Virus record (IMG/VR): IMGVR_UViG_3300027792_000002
Span: 617 to 64,616 of that record
Length of the DNA stretch: 64,000 nucleotides
DNA from: a virus
Taxonomy: Duplodnaviria > Caudoviricetes
Reading direction: 5' to 3' (one strand)
The notes under the pieces are model-generated. The model was not told the origin of the DNA. It ran no database searches and worked only from the letters and a program-made list of their open reading frames with translations. The position numbers were made by a program, and so were the translations under genes. How positions within the stretch are numbered: position 1 is the stretch's first letter; every line of letters begins with the position of its first letter. Below, in pieces: positions 8,891-18,008 of the stretch.

Positions 8891-9145
8891 TCAGCGATTT
8901 CGGATAGTATCTCCGATGTTATACGATTCATAATAATACTGGTAAGTCCAAACCTTTTTTACGGTATCTCCTTTTTGGATTTCTAATGAATACCTGATAT
9001 AATTGTCTATCACTGGGTTTCCGTATGGTTTTTGTACTACGATCCAATCCGGGTATTTAGTCAGTGGTTCTGGTTTTGTGTTCGTGCAAGCCATTATGGC
9101 GATTATTGGCAAAATGCGGAATATATTGTTTAATTTTGATTTCAT
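8891..9145 (-). CDS. Putative lipoprotein
   Basis: Hydrophobic N-terminus ending IMAC. Confidence 0.6.
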   Translation of the reverse strand: MKSKLNNIFRILPIIAIMACTNTKPEPLTKYPDWIVVQKPYGNPVIDNYIRYSLEIQKGDTVKKVWTYQYYYESYNIGDTIRNR

Positions 9146-9354
9146 TGTTCGAGTTTTATTTTGCCAACATCATTCGGGTTAATCAAAATTCCGTTGGGAA
9201 AGTAACTATTGGGTTCTATTTCTGTCAGATCTATTATTTCTTCTTGAAAGGAAAAATCTTCTTTTACAAGCCCTGTTATGGGTTTTCCTGTTTCTTTTAC
9301 GGACAATTTCATGGGGTATTCATCCGTGTCGAGTATTTCAAATATTATTTCCAT
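9142..9354 (-). CDS. Hypothetical protein resembling C-terminal domain of the major tail protein
   Basis: PITGLVKEDF vs PITGLVKADF in 24999-25910. Confidence 0.6.
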   Translation of the reverse strand: MEIIFEILDTDEYPMKLSVKETGKPITGLVKEDFSFQEEIIDLTEIEPNSYFPNGILINPNDVGKIKLEQ

Positions 9355-9845
9355 GTGTCGTTAAAATGAATAATAAATAATATGCTATTTTCGCGTTTTT
9401 TTAGTTCCCTTAACCAATGGCCGTGGCTTGGGGGGTTGCAAGTCAATATTATTTGCCCTGTCGTATTTTTGTCAAAAACTTCAAAAATATCTAGATCAAG
9501 GTAATCCGCCCCTTTTATGATTGCTTTATTGTAGTAGGTTATATATGCTAAGTCATCGTATCCAAGGATGTAGATTACAGAGCTTTTTCCTAAAACGAAG
9601 GATGTTGTGGATTTATTATATTTGAATTGTTCCCCTGCTAGTATTTCGGATATAATATCTACTGCATATTGTTTATGCGGGCAAAATATCCCAAATCGTA
9701 TGCTTTTTGACAAGCAATCAATGGCTGCTTTTTGGCAGGCCGCATAGAATTTGCCTGTCCTTATTCCACCGCAAAGGATTGTATATTTTTCGTCTGATTT
9801 AATAAAGTCAGAATACTCCGGCAATACTTTAATTTTTGTTTCCAT
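9345..9845 (-). CDS. Stand-alone degenerate terminase large-subunit ATPase domain
   Basis: ILCGGIRTGKF Walker A, SVIYILGYDD, IILTCNPP...HW; Walker B eroded; no nuclease domain. Confidence 0.65.
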   Translation of the reverse strand: METKIKVLPEYSDFIKSDEKYTILCGGIRTGKFYAACQKAAIDCLSKSIRFGIFCPHKQYAVDIISEILAGEQFKYNKSTTSFVLGKSSVIYILGYDDLAYITYYNKAIIKGADYLDLDIFEVFDKNTTGQIILTCNPPSHGHWLRELKKRENSILFIIHFNDTWK

Positions 9846-10044
9846 TGTTTTCTATTTTTTTGAATTTTTTCCCATCGCTTGTCAATTCATATTGCTTCAA
9901 TAATTCCCCGGCTATATCGAATAAGGCGATTAATTTATTTTTCAGGTTTTTGTCTTCGATGCACATTGCGGCATGGATTCCATTGATTATGTCCCCCCTG
10001 ATTAGATTTATCGCTTCTGCTTCTATCCTTTTTAATTTTTTCAT
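9829..10044 (-). CDS. Hypothetical protein
   Basis: ORF from MKKLKRIE. Confidence 0.5.
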   Translation of the reverse strand: MKKLKRIEAEAINLIRGDIINGIHAAMCIEDKNLKNKLIALFDIAGELLKQYELTSDGKKFKKIENNGNKN

Positions 10045-10051
10045 TGCTTTT

Positions 10052-10390
10052 CTATTTTTTGCACAATATCCTAAACATCCATGGCATAGAAGATTTTGCA
10101 TTGTTTTTTGTTTGATGTTTCAGGTCAAGACATTCTGATTCGAGTTGGTTTATTCTTTTGTTTTTTTCTTCTATGATTTCCATCGCTTGCTTTACTGCTT
10201 CGTCCCGTGTAATGTAGGATAATTCGTAAAAATTAAGCCCATACCCTATTTTTATCGTATGGTTTTTTTCGATATCGGTTTTGAAATCCCTTAGCTCGTT
10301 GTATTCCTCCAAATTTAATATGACCGTGTTTGCTTCCATGTGTTTGTATATTTTAATTAATTGTTTCCATTTGTTTAACCATTTTATCAA
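10052..10390 (-). CDS. Hypothetical coiled-coil protein
   Basis: TVILNLEEYNELR phage-type motif. Confidence 0.6.
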   Translation of the reverse strand: MIKWLNKWKQLIKIYKHMEANTVILNLEEYNELRDFKTDIEKNHTIKIGYGLNFYELSYITRDEAVKQAMEIIEEKNKRINQLESECLDLKHQTKNNAKSSMPWMFRILCKK

Positions 10391-10812
10391 ATGTTATTCC
10401 ATGGCCAATTTTTTAGTTTTTTTTGAAAGTCTATTCCTCTGTAATAACCAGTCAACCGGATATATTCATAAAGCCCCGGTGCTATTGCTTCGCTCTTTTC
10501 TTGGAGCATTTCTATAACCGTTATGTCATAAAACAGCCTTATGCCGTCAATTTTGACGTTGGTCATCAGTTCCCCTTCCGGTTTTCCGGGCAGCCATTCC
10601 GGCCATTCCCCAGCGTTGATGAGGCAGCTTGCTACGGCTAGTTTGACAGGGTCTGTTTCCTTCCCTATCCATTCGATCATCTCCGGTGTCCAGTATTTCA
10701 GGGACGCGAATTTATCTCCTAGCCGTTCTTCCTCTTTTTTATTGGAATTGGTACGGTTGTCTGGTGTTGCCAGAGCTTTTATTTTGTTTAATATTGGATT
10801 TAATTTAATCAT
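10387..10812 (-). CDS. Hypothetical protein
   Basis: 141-aa ORF, coupled overlaps. Confidence 0.6.
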   Translation of the reverse strand: MIKLNPILNKIKALATPDNRTNSNKKEEERLGDKFASLKYWTPEMIEWIGKETDPVKLAVASCLINAGEWPEWLPGKPEGELMTNVKIDGIRLFYDITVIEMLQEKSEAIAPGLYEYIRLTGYYRGIDFQKKLKNWPWNNI

Positions 10813-11197
10813 TGTTGCCTTCGTCTATGATATATACCCTTGCTGTCTTGAAGCTGCTTGCGCGTGGTTCGCAAAACAAGTCTTTTGCCTTTATTTTTAT
10901 CTCCACTTTCTTTTCCCTCCTTAAAATCCAGTCAAAAAAAGTAGGTTTCCCAAAATTATGGCAGATAGTTCTTTCTTCTTCTGAAACAATATAAAAATAT
11001 GCTTTTAGTTGGGCTGTCAATAAATTGAACACGTAATCGTCTTCGTTTAATTCTAGTTTTGATATGGTTTTTTGTATTTCAGGCAGTTCTTCCTGTGATA
11101 TTTTTGCGTGCGTGCTTATTGAATCCCTTTTAAGTTCTACTACGTTAACCGTTTCTTTGCCGTCATCGGTCGTTTTTTTTGATTTTTTTTGTTTCAT
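10805..11197 (-). CDS. Hypothetical protein
   Basis: 130-aa ORF downstream of minus-strand TAAATTTG promoter-like motif (~11223-11230). Confidence 0.6.
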   Translation of the reverse strand: MKQKKSKKTTDDGKETVNVVELKRDSISTHAKISQEELPEIQKTISKLELNEDDYVFNLLTAQLKAYFYIVSEEERTICHNFGKPTFFDWILRREKKVEIKIKAKDLFCEPRASSFKTARVYIIDEGNND

Positions 11198-11335
11198 GCT
11201 TCAATAAGTTTATTGTTTGTTGCAAATTTACTAATTTATAGGCATTTATGCAAAATAATTGTATGTTTAACAACATGTCTTATTGTTTTGTTTTCAGCTT
11301 TTTGTTTGGTAATTTCGTATTTTAAATTGTAGTTT

Positions 11336-11554
11336 ATGTGTCAAATAGTAATATTGGGGAAAAGCGGCATAAAATGCGAAACTGTCAGCGAATTGAAACA
11401 GGCATTGCCAGATTTGAAATTAGTAAAATGCGATAGTTATGAAACTATTGATGACAATAGTTGCCTTTGCCAAGTCGATTTAGAGGAAACATTCGACAAT
11501 GCGGGGTTTGAATGGGAAAGCCGATGTATGGTTTTTACTTTAAGTGATTTGTAA
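11336..11554 (+). CDS. Hypothetical Cys-rich protein
   Basis: First ORF of divergent + run. Confidence 0.55.
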   Translation: MCQIVILGKSGIKCETVSELKQALPDLKLVKCDSYETIDDNSCLCQVDLEETFDNAGFEWESRCMVFTLSDL

Positions 11555-11575
11555 TAAAACATAAAATGACCAATT

Positions 11576-11815
11576 ATGGGATATACAATTGAAAAAAATA
11601 TTTCGCTCCCTAAAGCAAAATCAGGGGCTGAAAAAAAATACCCATTTGGAGAAATGGGTGTCGGAGATTCATTTATATGCGGGGAATATTCCCCGGTGAA
11701 CATGACTAGGATCGGCAACGCTGCGCGAAATTGGGGTAAACTTTCTGGTAGGGATATTAAATTTTGCCTTCGTAAAACCGCAGACAACAAAATACGAATT
11801 TGGAGGGTTGTGTAA
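11576..11815 (+). CDS. Small phage protein, probably DNA-binding
   Basis: KYPFGEMGVGDSF...IRIWRV motif. Confidence 0.65.
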   Translation: MGYTIEKNISLPKAKSGAEKKYPFGEMGVGDSFICGEYSPVNMTRIGNAARNWGKLSGRDIKFCLRKTADNKIRIWRVV

Positions 11816-11854
11816 TACATAATATTTATTGAAATATAATTAAGATTAAATAGG

Positions 11855-12139
11855 ATGGATAGTTTAAAAGACTGGTCTGACACTCTTTGCCGCGAATACG
11901 TGGATGAGTTCAGCAAAAAGCAGGGTCTGGCGTTCGATGGCTGGGTAGGTGACGACATAGGCGGGATAGCAAGTTTCATAGAGCAGTATTTCTTTGATTT
12001 CAGGGATATTGTTTATGATATAAATTCAGGGCAGTCAGTAGGTTTGATAATGGAGTGGCAGGACAATACGATCGAAAATGCCCGCAGCGTGATAAATTAT
12101 TATAGATATTCCAAAGGGTTAAGGTACGAAGATTTATAG
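11855..12139 (+). CDS. Hypothetical phage protein
   Basis: 94-aa ORF, WVGDDIGGIA. Confidence 0.65.
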   Translation: MDSLKDWSDTLCREYVDEFSKKQGLAFDGWVGDDIGGIASFIEQYFFDFRDIVYDINSGQSVGLIMEWQDNTIENARSVINYYRYSKGLRYEDL

Positions 12140-12241
12140 ATATAGACTTTATGAAAAAAATGACATGCGATTCGACAAATAATATGTATTGATTTTATTA
12201 AACTGAAATTGGATTTTCAAATTTAATAGTTAAATTAAGGT

Positions 12242-12619
12242 ATGTTTGATGATGAAATAAAATGCCCTTATTGTGGCGTAAAAAATGAAGTAGCGTGGAG
12301 TTTAGATCAATATTATGGTAGTTTTTATATTGAGAAATGTGAATCATGCCAGAAATATTTTAAGGTAAATGTTGACATAGATGTCAAAATAACGCCAAAA
12401 AAATTCGTTTGTGCAAACAATGGATTGCACAAATTTATATTGGTCGAAGGTCATACCCGTGAATATTGGTTACAAGGAGGGGATATAGGAATGAAGAATA
12501 CTTATTATGAGTTATGTTGCATAAATTGCAATTATAAGAGGATGGCAACCAATGCAGAAAAAAGGTTTTTAAAACAGTCCAATGAAAAATTTTATAAAAA
12601 CATAATACCCGAATTATGA
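12242..12619 (+). CDS. Zn-ribbon protein
   Basis: CPYC, CESC, CINC. Confidence 0.65.
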   Translation: MFDDEIKCPYCGVKNEVAWSLDQYYGSFYIEKCESCQKYFKVNVDIDVKITPKKFVCANNGLHKFILVEGHTREYWLQGGDIGMKNTYYELCCINCNYKRMATNAEKRFLKQSNEKFYKNIIPEL

Positions 12620-12807
12620 AAAGGAAAGATTTGTTTTTTGTTGTTTACGCATCTGTTTGGGGTGCTGTGGTTGCTGCTGTTTGGTGCGGGCTTGGTTATG
12701 GGTGGGCTTTATTGTTCACCAATATTTTTATGGCATTGTTATTTATAGTGATTTTAATAAAGACGTTTTCCATAAAATTTGACAAATGGTTGGAAGGAAA
12801 AGTTTGA
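12616..12807 (+). CDS. Small two-TM membrane protein
   Basis: Hydrophobic 63 aa, ATGA coupling. Confidence 0.55.
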   Translation: MKRKDLFFVVYASVWGAVVAAVWCGLGYGWALLFTNIFMALLFIVILIKTFSIKFDKWLEGKV

Positions 12808-13057
12808 ATAATTGGATTATATAAAAACAGTGAACGGAATGGATAACAAGATGAAATACACGGCAAACAAACCAATAGACAGGGTGACAACGGAACTGTT
12901 GGATGTGGCGTTGATGGCGGTTGGGATAAAGCTAGACCTGCCTACGATAGACAAAGTGCTGGACGTTGTGGAATTGCTGGAGGACAAAGGCTGAAATGCC
13001 AATATAAAGGATATTTTAACGCTGTATATGAAATGGGATGTTTGAATAACTTGGATT

Positions 13058-13357
13058 ATGTGCATAAGTGAAGAAGACAGGGAGTTTATAAGGATGAAGT
13101 TCGGCGGCAAATGCGCCTATTCTGGGACTGAGTTAGAGCATGATTGGCAAATAGATCATATCAAGCCAGTGGTTCGCGATTTGGTTTCTGGGGATATTGT
13201 TTTAAAAGATAATGATTGCATAGATAACATGGTCCCCGTCCAAAGGACAATCAACCATTATAAACATTCAATGGATTTGCAAACATTCAGGGTCTGGTTT
13301 CTTGGCGGGTTGGATAAAAGGCTGAAAAAATCCAGAAAAGGAAGGAATATTTATTGA
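13058..13357 (+). CDS. HNH endonuclease-like protein, possibly frameshifted
   Basis: KFGGKCAYSG...WQIDHIKPV...NMVP...INHYKH. Confidence 0.7.
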   Translation: MCISEEDREFIRMKFGGKCAYSGTELEHDWQIDHIKPVVRDLVSGDIVLKDNDCIDNMVPVQRTINHYKHSMDLQTFRVWFLGGLDKRLKKSRKGRNIY

Positions 13358-13432
13358 AAGTAGCCGGGTATTTCGGGATAACAGAGGATAAGCCATTTAG
13401 CGGCAAATTTTATTTTGAAACATTGAGCCAAA

Positions 13433-13849
13433 ATGAAAAGTAGAAATTTAGAACATTCCGACAATTGGGCTACACCAAAAGAACTATACGATAAATTAAA
13501 TGCAGAGTTCAATTTTGACTTTGATCCGTGTCCATTGCACAGTAATTTTGATGGATTGGTTATTGATTGGGGTAAAAGCAATTACATTAACCCACCATAC
13601 AGCAGACAATTAAAAGAGGCATTTGTAGTTAAAGCGATTGAAGAAAGTAAGAAAGGCAAACTTTGTGTAATGCTTTTGCCCGTGAGTACAAGCACGAAGT
13701 TATTCCATAGGTATATTTTGCCAAACGCTAGATATATTCGGTTTTTAGAAGGCAGGGTTCGTTTTTTGGGAATTAATACAAATGGCGAATATGTAACAGA
13801 CAAAACACCGATGCACGATAGCATGGTGGTCGTTTTTGGTTGCAGCTAA
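13433..13849 (+). CDS. Phage DNA N6-adenine methyltransferase (Dam-type)
   Basis: DNWATPKELY, FDFDPC, INPPYS, VMLLPVST, IRFLEGRVRF. Confidence 0.85.
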   Translation: MKSRNLEHSDNWATPKELYDKLNAEFNFDFDPCPLHSNFDGLVIDWGKSNYINPPYSRQLKEAFVVKAIEESKKGKLCVMLLPVSTSTKLFHRYILPNARYIRFLEGRVRFLGINTNGEYVTDKTPMHDSMVVVFGCS

Positions 13850-13883
13850 TTTTTAGATAAATATATAAATTTAAAACAGTAAT

Positions 13884-14138
13884 ATGGAAACGATTGAATT
13901 TAAGCCGCAATTGTTTATTTGCGATTGCACGAGCAGGGAACACCAGATAATAATGGTGGTTGACGGGGATGAAATATATTGCCACATACATTTAGCTGGT
14001 GGCGGATTTTTCAAAAGGCTGGTTGGCGGGGCGAGGCATATTTTCGGCTACCATTGCAAGTACGGGCATTTTGACGAGTTTATCCTCAATAAAAACGGGG
14101 CTAAAGATATGGTAAGATTTTTACGGACATTAAAATAA
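13884..14138 (+). CDS. Hypothetical phage protein
   Basis: ICDC...EH...FKRL...HIFGYHCKYGHFDEF. Confidence 0.65.
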   Translation: METIEFKPQLFICDCTSREHQIIMVVDGDEIYCHIHLAGGGFFKRLVGGARHIFGYHCKYGHFDEFILNKNGAKDMVRFLRTLK

Positions 14139-14143
14139 CGATT

Positions 14144-14575
14144 ATGAAAAACTTGATTTTTATCTTATTATTCGCCTTTCAAGGCGTTTGCGGCGCACAA
14201 GATATTCAATTTATTGATGCTTGTGGTTTGCCTCCTTTTTCTCCGGTCGATTGGTTTATTTATAAATCTCACCCTGATTCTGTTGCTGAATTTAGGTATA
14301 ATGGTAATGTGGCGTTGAGCAATGGTATCCCAAGCGTAAAATTGGATATTCCGATAAAATACGATTTTATCCAATTGATGTTTGAATACGAGGAGGAATG
14401 TTTGAAAGACAGCGTATTTGTCGGCTGCACTATTGAGATGTTAACAGATACACTGCCAGACAATTTAGGCGGATACGTTATTTTAGGAGAACGGAAGGTG
14501 GTTGATGTATATAAACCGAAAGACCCAACGTTTTCAGGGTTTTTGCAGTGGCTGCATAAGAAATTAATCAAATAA
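14144..14575 (+). CDS. Secreted protein, paralog of 62110-62574
   Basis: Signal peptide ending GAQ; C-terminal PTFSGFLQW. Confidence 0.65.
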   Translation: MKNLIFILLFAFQGVCGAQDIQFIDACGLPPFSPVDWFIYKSHPDSVAEFRYNGNVALSNGIPSVKLDIPIKYDFIQLMFEYEEECLKDSVFVGCTIEMLTDTLPDNLGGYVILGERKVVDVYKPKDPTFSGFLQWLHKKLIK

Positions 14576-14984
14576 ATTGTGGAATTATCAAACGAGAAAA
14601 TGGAAGAACTGGTAGAATTAAGGGAAATACTCGAAAAGGGGCGCAACGATTCCTTGGAAGATTACGAGTTCACCGAGAACCCGTTGCAAAGCAGGTACGA
14701 ACTAGGCAGGGCAAATGCTTTTAGTGAAGCCATAAAACAGATAGACAAGTTATTGGCAAAAAGGCTCAAAAATTGACAAATCATGGGTAAAAAACACAAA
14801 AATTGCATAATACCGGATAAAATGTCAAAGACGGTATATCTGACGGATGAAATCAATTTTTTCGACTTGTTGAAGCAGATGGACGAAGTTACCGGGTGCG
14901 ACTTTGACGATTGGGTTATAAGGCCGTTTGGGAATATGATGGAAAATAGTGGAGCAATGTTTTTATTTATAAAATGAAATTATT

Positions 14985-15233
14985 ATGAATAGAGGGGTTA
15001 TTAAAATAAGCGATGTGCTTATTCGCAATGATTGGGATGATATATCTGGTTTTATGAAAGATTTCCGTCCAACGCATATAGAATTTAGGCACTGGGAAAA
15101 CGATATTTGGTATTTTTACGGGGTTTCTAAAAAATTCGATCCATTAAAAGAAGGCGATGCCGTACCTGAATACCTCATGTCCTTTATGTGGGATGAGAAC
15201 GACATAAGAACGCATGAATTTAAAAGGGTGTAA
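14985..15233 (+). CDS. Hypothetical protein
   Basis: 82-aa ORF. Confidence 0.6.
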   Translation: MNRGVIKISDVLIRNDWDDISGFMKDFRPTHIEFRHWENDIWYFYGVSKKFDPLKEGDAVPEYLMSFMWDENDIRTHEFKRV

Positions 15234-15235
15234 TT

Positions 15236-15667
15236 ATGAGAACATCAGAAAATGAAAAATCGGCGTATGAAGTTATTGATTCAATTATTTTTGAATTAAA
15301 TGAAATTAAACAAATTGATAACGAAGAATCTGTTAAAAAACAACTTGATAGGTATTTAGATAAAATTCATCTTATATATCATAATAATTCTTTATTATTA
15401 GATGTTTTAAGAGCATTAACGATTAATGCAGAAGTTTTTGAATCAACATTACGTCCTAATTATCCGATTACAGAATTATACAGAAAAAAAATAACTTTGC
15501 AATATAAAAAATTTAAATCTTCTGTTTTAAAACTTGCAGGTCGCTTTCACGAATCTCCCCTTTTTGAACATATTCCTCAAGATAAGGAAGAAGAACTGTT
15601 TTTACAGAACGATGTCATTAATGCTATAAAAAAACAATTAAGCGACTATGGTTATAAAACTTTGTAA
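15236..15667 (+). CDS. Hypothetical AT-rich protein
   Basis: 143-aa ORF before terL. Confidence 0.6.
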   Translation: MRTSENEKSAYEVIDSIIFELNEIKQIDNEESVKKQLDRYLDKIHLIYHNNSLLLDVLRALTINAEVFESTLRPNYPITELYRKKITLQYKKFKSSVLKLAGRFHESPLFEHIPQDKEEELFLQNDVINAIKKQLSDYGYKTL

Positions 15668-15716
15668 TTATATATTAGTTTACCCCGATTTTATTTGTTT
15701 TTTTTGCATAATTGTT

Positions 15717-15745
15717 TATTTAACATAACTTTGTCATGTTAAATA
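15717..15745 (+). promoter_or_regulatory. terL promoter enclosed by an inverted repeat (operator candidate)
   Basis: TATTTAACAT-aactttgtc-ATGTTAAATA around TAACTTTG (-7 box). Confidence 0.55.
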
Positions 15746-15751
15746 ATATTT

Positions 15752-17587
15752 ATGTTTTCGTTATCAAAAAAACAGGAATCAGGGTTAGAGGTTTTATCCA
15801 ACCATAAATATATACTTTTTTATGGTGGTGCAAGGAGCGGAAAAACAGTTTTGATAATTTTCTATATACTTTATAGGGCTACTAAACGCAAATCCCGCCA
15901 TGCCATACTCCGGTATAGGCTTTCCCACTTGGAACAATCAATAATCCACGATACGTTCCCCAAAGTAGCAGAAATGATGGGGGTAAGCTATAAAATGAAC
16001 TACCAGAAGTATTTTGCCGTATTGCCCAATGGTTCGGAGATATGGTTCGGGGGGTTGGACGATAAGGAAAGGACTGAAAAAGTATTGGGAAACGAATACA
16101 ACACCATATTTTTAAACGAAGCATCGCAGATAAGCTATTCTGCGTATAATACGGTGCTGACGAGGCTTTCACAAAAGGTTTTGATGCTGGATAAAAAAGG
16201 CAACCCTGTCATTGGCGACAATGGTTTGCCGATAGAAATAGAAAACAAACTGATAATCGACGAAAACCCGCCTACTAAGGCACACTGGACATATAAAGTA
16301 TTCCACCTTAAAATAGAACCCAAAGAAAATGTTTTATTGAGCAGCCCTGAAAAATACGGGCATTTGCAATTAAATGCTTCCGATAATTTAGAATATATAG
16401 GCAAAGACTACCTTGAAACATACAATGACCGACCAAGGGAATACAAATTAAGGTATTTGGAGGGCGAATTTGCAGACGAGGTAAAAGGTGCTTATTTTAC
16501 GGAAGCAAATTTCAATAAATACAGGGTAACGCAACAAGGGTTGCCCGAAATGAAAGAAATAGTTGTGGCTATAGACCCGGCTGGGACTACCGGGGCAGGG
16601 TCTGATGAAACAGGGATAATCGCAGTTGGCAAATCTTTTGATGGGCATGGGTATTTATTGGAAGATGCAAGCGGCAAATACAGCCCTGCCGAATGGGCAA
16701 AGGTCGCCTGTAATTTATATGATAGGCTAGGCGCAAGGTACATCATCGCAGAGGTTAACCAAGGGTGGGACATGGTAAAGCATACGATTCAAACGGAATC
16801 TGAATCCGCAAGGGTATTGGAAGTACGAGCCACAAAGGGCAAATTAGTGAGGGCAGAGCCAGTATCCGCGCTTTACGACAACGGGAAAATACACCATGTG
16901 GGCGGATTCCCTGACTTAGAAACAGAGATGGCTACATATACTGGTGAAAAGGGCGAAAAATCTCCTAATAGGATGGATGCGGCAGTATATGGCTTTGTCC
17001 ATTTGTTCCCATCTGGGGTATTGTCCGATTCCGAGAATTTCTCTAAAGGGAGGCTCAATTATTTCGATGAGTATGATTTTACTGGAAGCGTGGATATTTG
17101 CTACATAAAAATAGCCAGTATTGCCGCGAAAGTTTCCCCTTCCTATAATTTTTCAGCTATTTTCGCCAGCATAAAAGACAACAAGGTATTCGTCAGGGAT
17201 TGTTTGTTCAATGACTGCCTACCTTCCGAAAATATTGATTCTTTGGCTAATGGCATAACCAAGTTCCAAAGCCAAAAGGTGTTCTTGGAGTGCAATGTTT
17301 CGTTTCTGTCGTTTATGCCAGAATTGAGGCACGCAGCAAACAAGCAGATATGGACTATAAAAGAGTTCAGCAAAGAGGACAACAGGATAATCACAGAAGT
17401 AAACTTCATACGCAACTCGTTTGCCTTCGACAAATCCAATGATTCTATCGGGTATAGGGACTTTATGCGGCAATTGAACTCATATACTAATATTTCCGGG
17501 GAAAATGAATCTTTTGCCCCTGCCGTGCTTTCCAGCATATCCTATGTTGCCAAAAACATGTACGGCAAATTATTGGCAAAAAAATAA
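15752..17587 (+). CDS. terL: Terminase large subunit with extra C-terminal domain
   Basis: YGGARSGKT, IFLNEASQ, DENPP..HW, VVAIDPA...DETGI, SPNRMDA. Confidence 0.93.
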   Translation: MFSLSKKQESGLEVLSNHKYILFYGGARSGKTVLIIFYILYRATKRKSRHAILRYRLSHLEQSIIHDTFPKVAEMMGVSYKMNYQKYFAVLPNGSEIWFGGLDDKERTEKVLGNEYNTIFLNEASQISYSAYNTVLTRLSQKVLMLDKKGNPVIGDNGLPIEIENKLIIDENPPTKAHWTYKVFHLKIEPKENVLLSSPEKYGHLQLNASDNLEYIGKDYLETYNDRPREYKLRYLEGEFADEVKGAYFTEANFNKYRVTQQGLPEMKEIVVAIDPAGTTGAGSDETGIIAVGKSFDGHGYLLEDASGKYSPAEWAKVACNLYDRLGARYIIAEVNQGWDMVKHTIQTESESARVLEVRATKGKLVRAEPVSALYDNGKIHHVGGFPDLETEMATYTGEKGEKSPNRMDAAVYGFVHLFPSGVLSDSENFSKGRLNYFDEYDFTGSVDICYIKIASIAAKVSPSYNFSAIFASIKDNKVFVRDCLFNDCLPSENIDSLANGITKFQSQKVFLECNVSFLSFMPELRHAANKQIWTIKEFSKEDNRIITEVNFIRNSFAFDKSNDSIGYRDFMRQLNSYTNISGENESFAPAVLSSISYVAKNMYGKLLAKK

Positions 17588-17694
17588 ATTTATTGTATAA
17601 TAATATATTTGTTACTTCATCAATATCAACTACTTGCGTTTTATGGTTGCATAATCTTTCATTTTTCGTGCATAAAAAATGGAAAAATAATTTT

Positions 17695-17746
17695 ATTTAA
17701 CATAATTATTTAATAGTTTTGTTGTATTATTTTAATTATGTTAAAT
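17695..17746 (+). promoter_or_regulatory. Head-gene promoter enclosed by related inverted repeat
   Basis: ATTTAACATAATTA...TAGTTTTG...TAATTATGTTAAAT. Confidence 0.5.
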
Positions 17747-18008
17747 GGAACATGAAGAAGTAACTTTGTCGCTTGCAAGGTTTTTGTCCATGAAACAAAA
17801 AGAGGATTTCTTTGATAGCGAATATGTCGCCATGAGATGCCCTTTCCTTATCGGGTTCAACCCTGATGCCTCCCAAATGTGGGTCAAAGACGAAGTTTTG
17901 TCTGAATTGGAAAAAGAATACAGGGCGGAAGCAGCAAAGCATAAAAAGCGTTTCCGTTTTATGTTTAAATTCTGGAAGTGGCGGGTAATCGTAAAATTGT
18001 CGAAATGA
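17745..18008 (+). CDS. Hypothetical protein
   Basis: 87 aa; ATGA-coupled to portal. Confidence 0.55.
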   Translation: MEHEEVTLSLARFLSMKQKEDFFDSEYVAMRCPFLIGFNPDASQMWVKDEVLSELEKEYRAEAAKHKKRFRFMFKFWKWRVIVKLSK

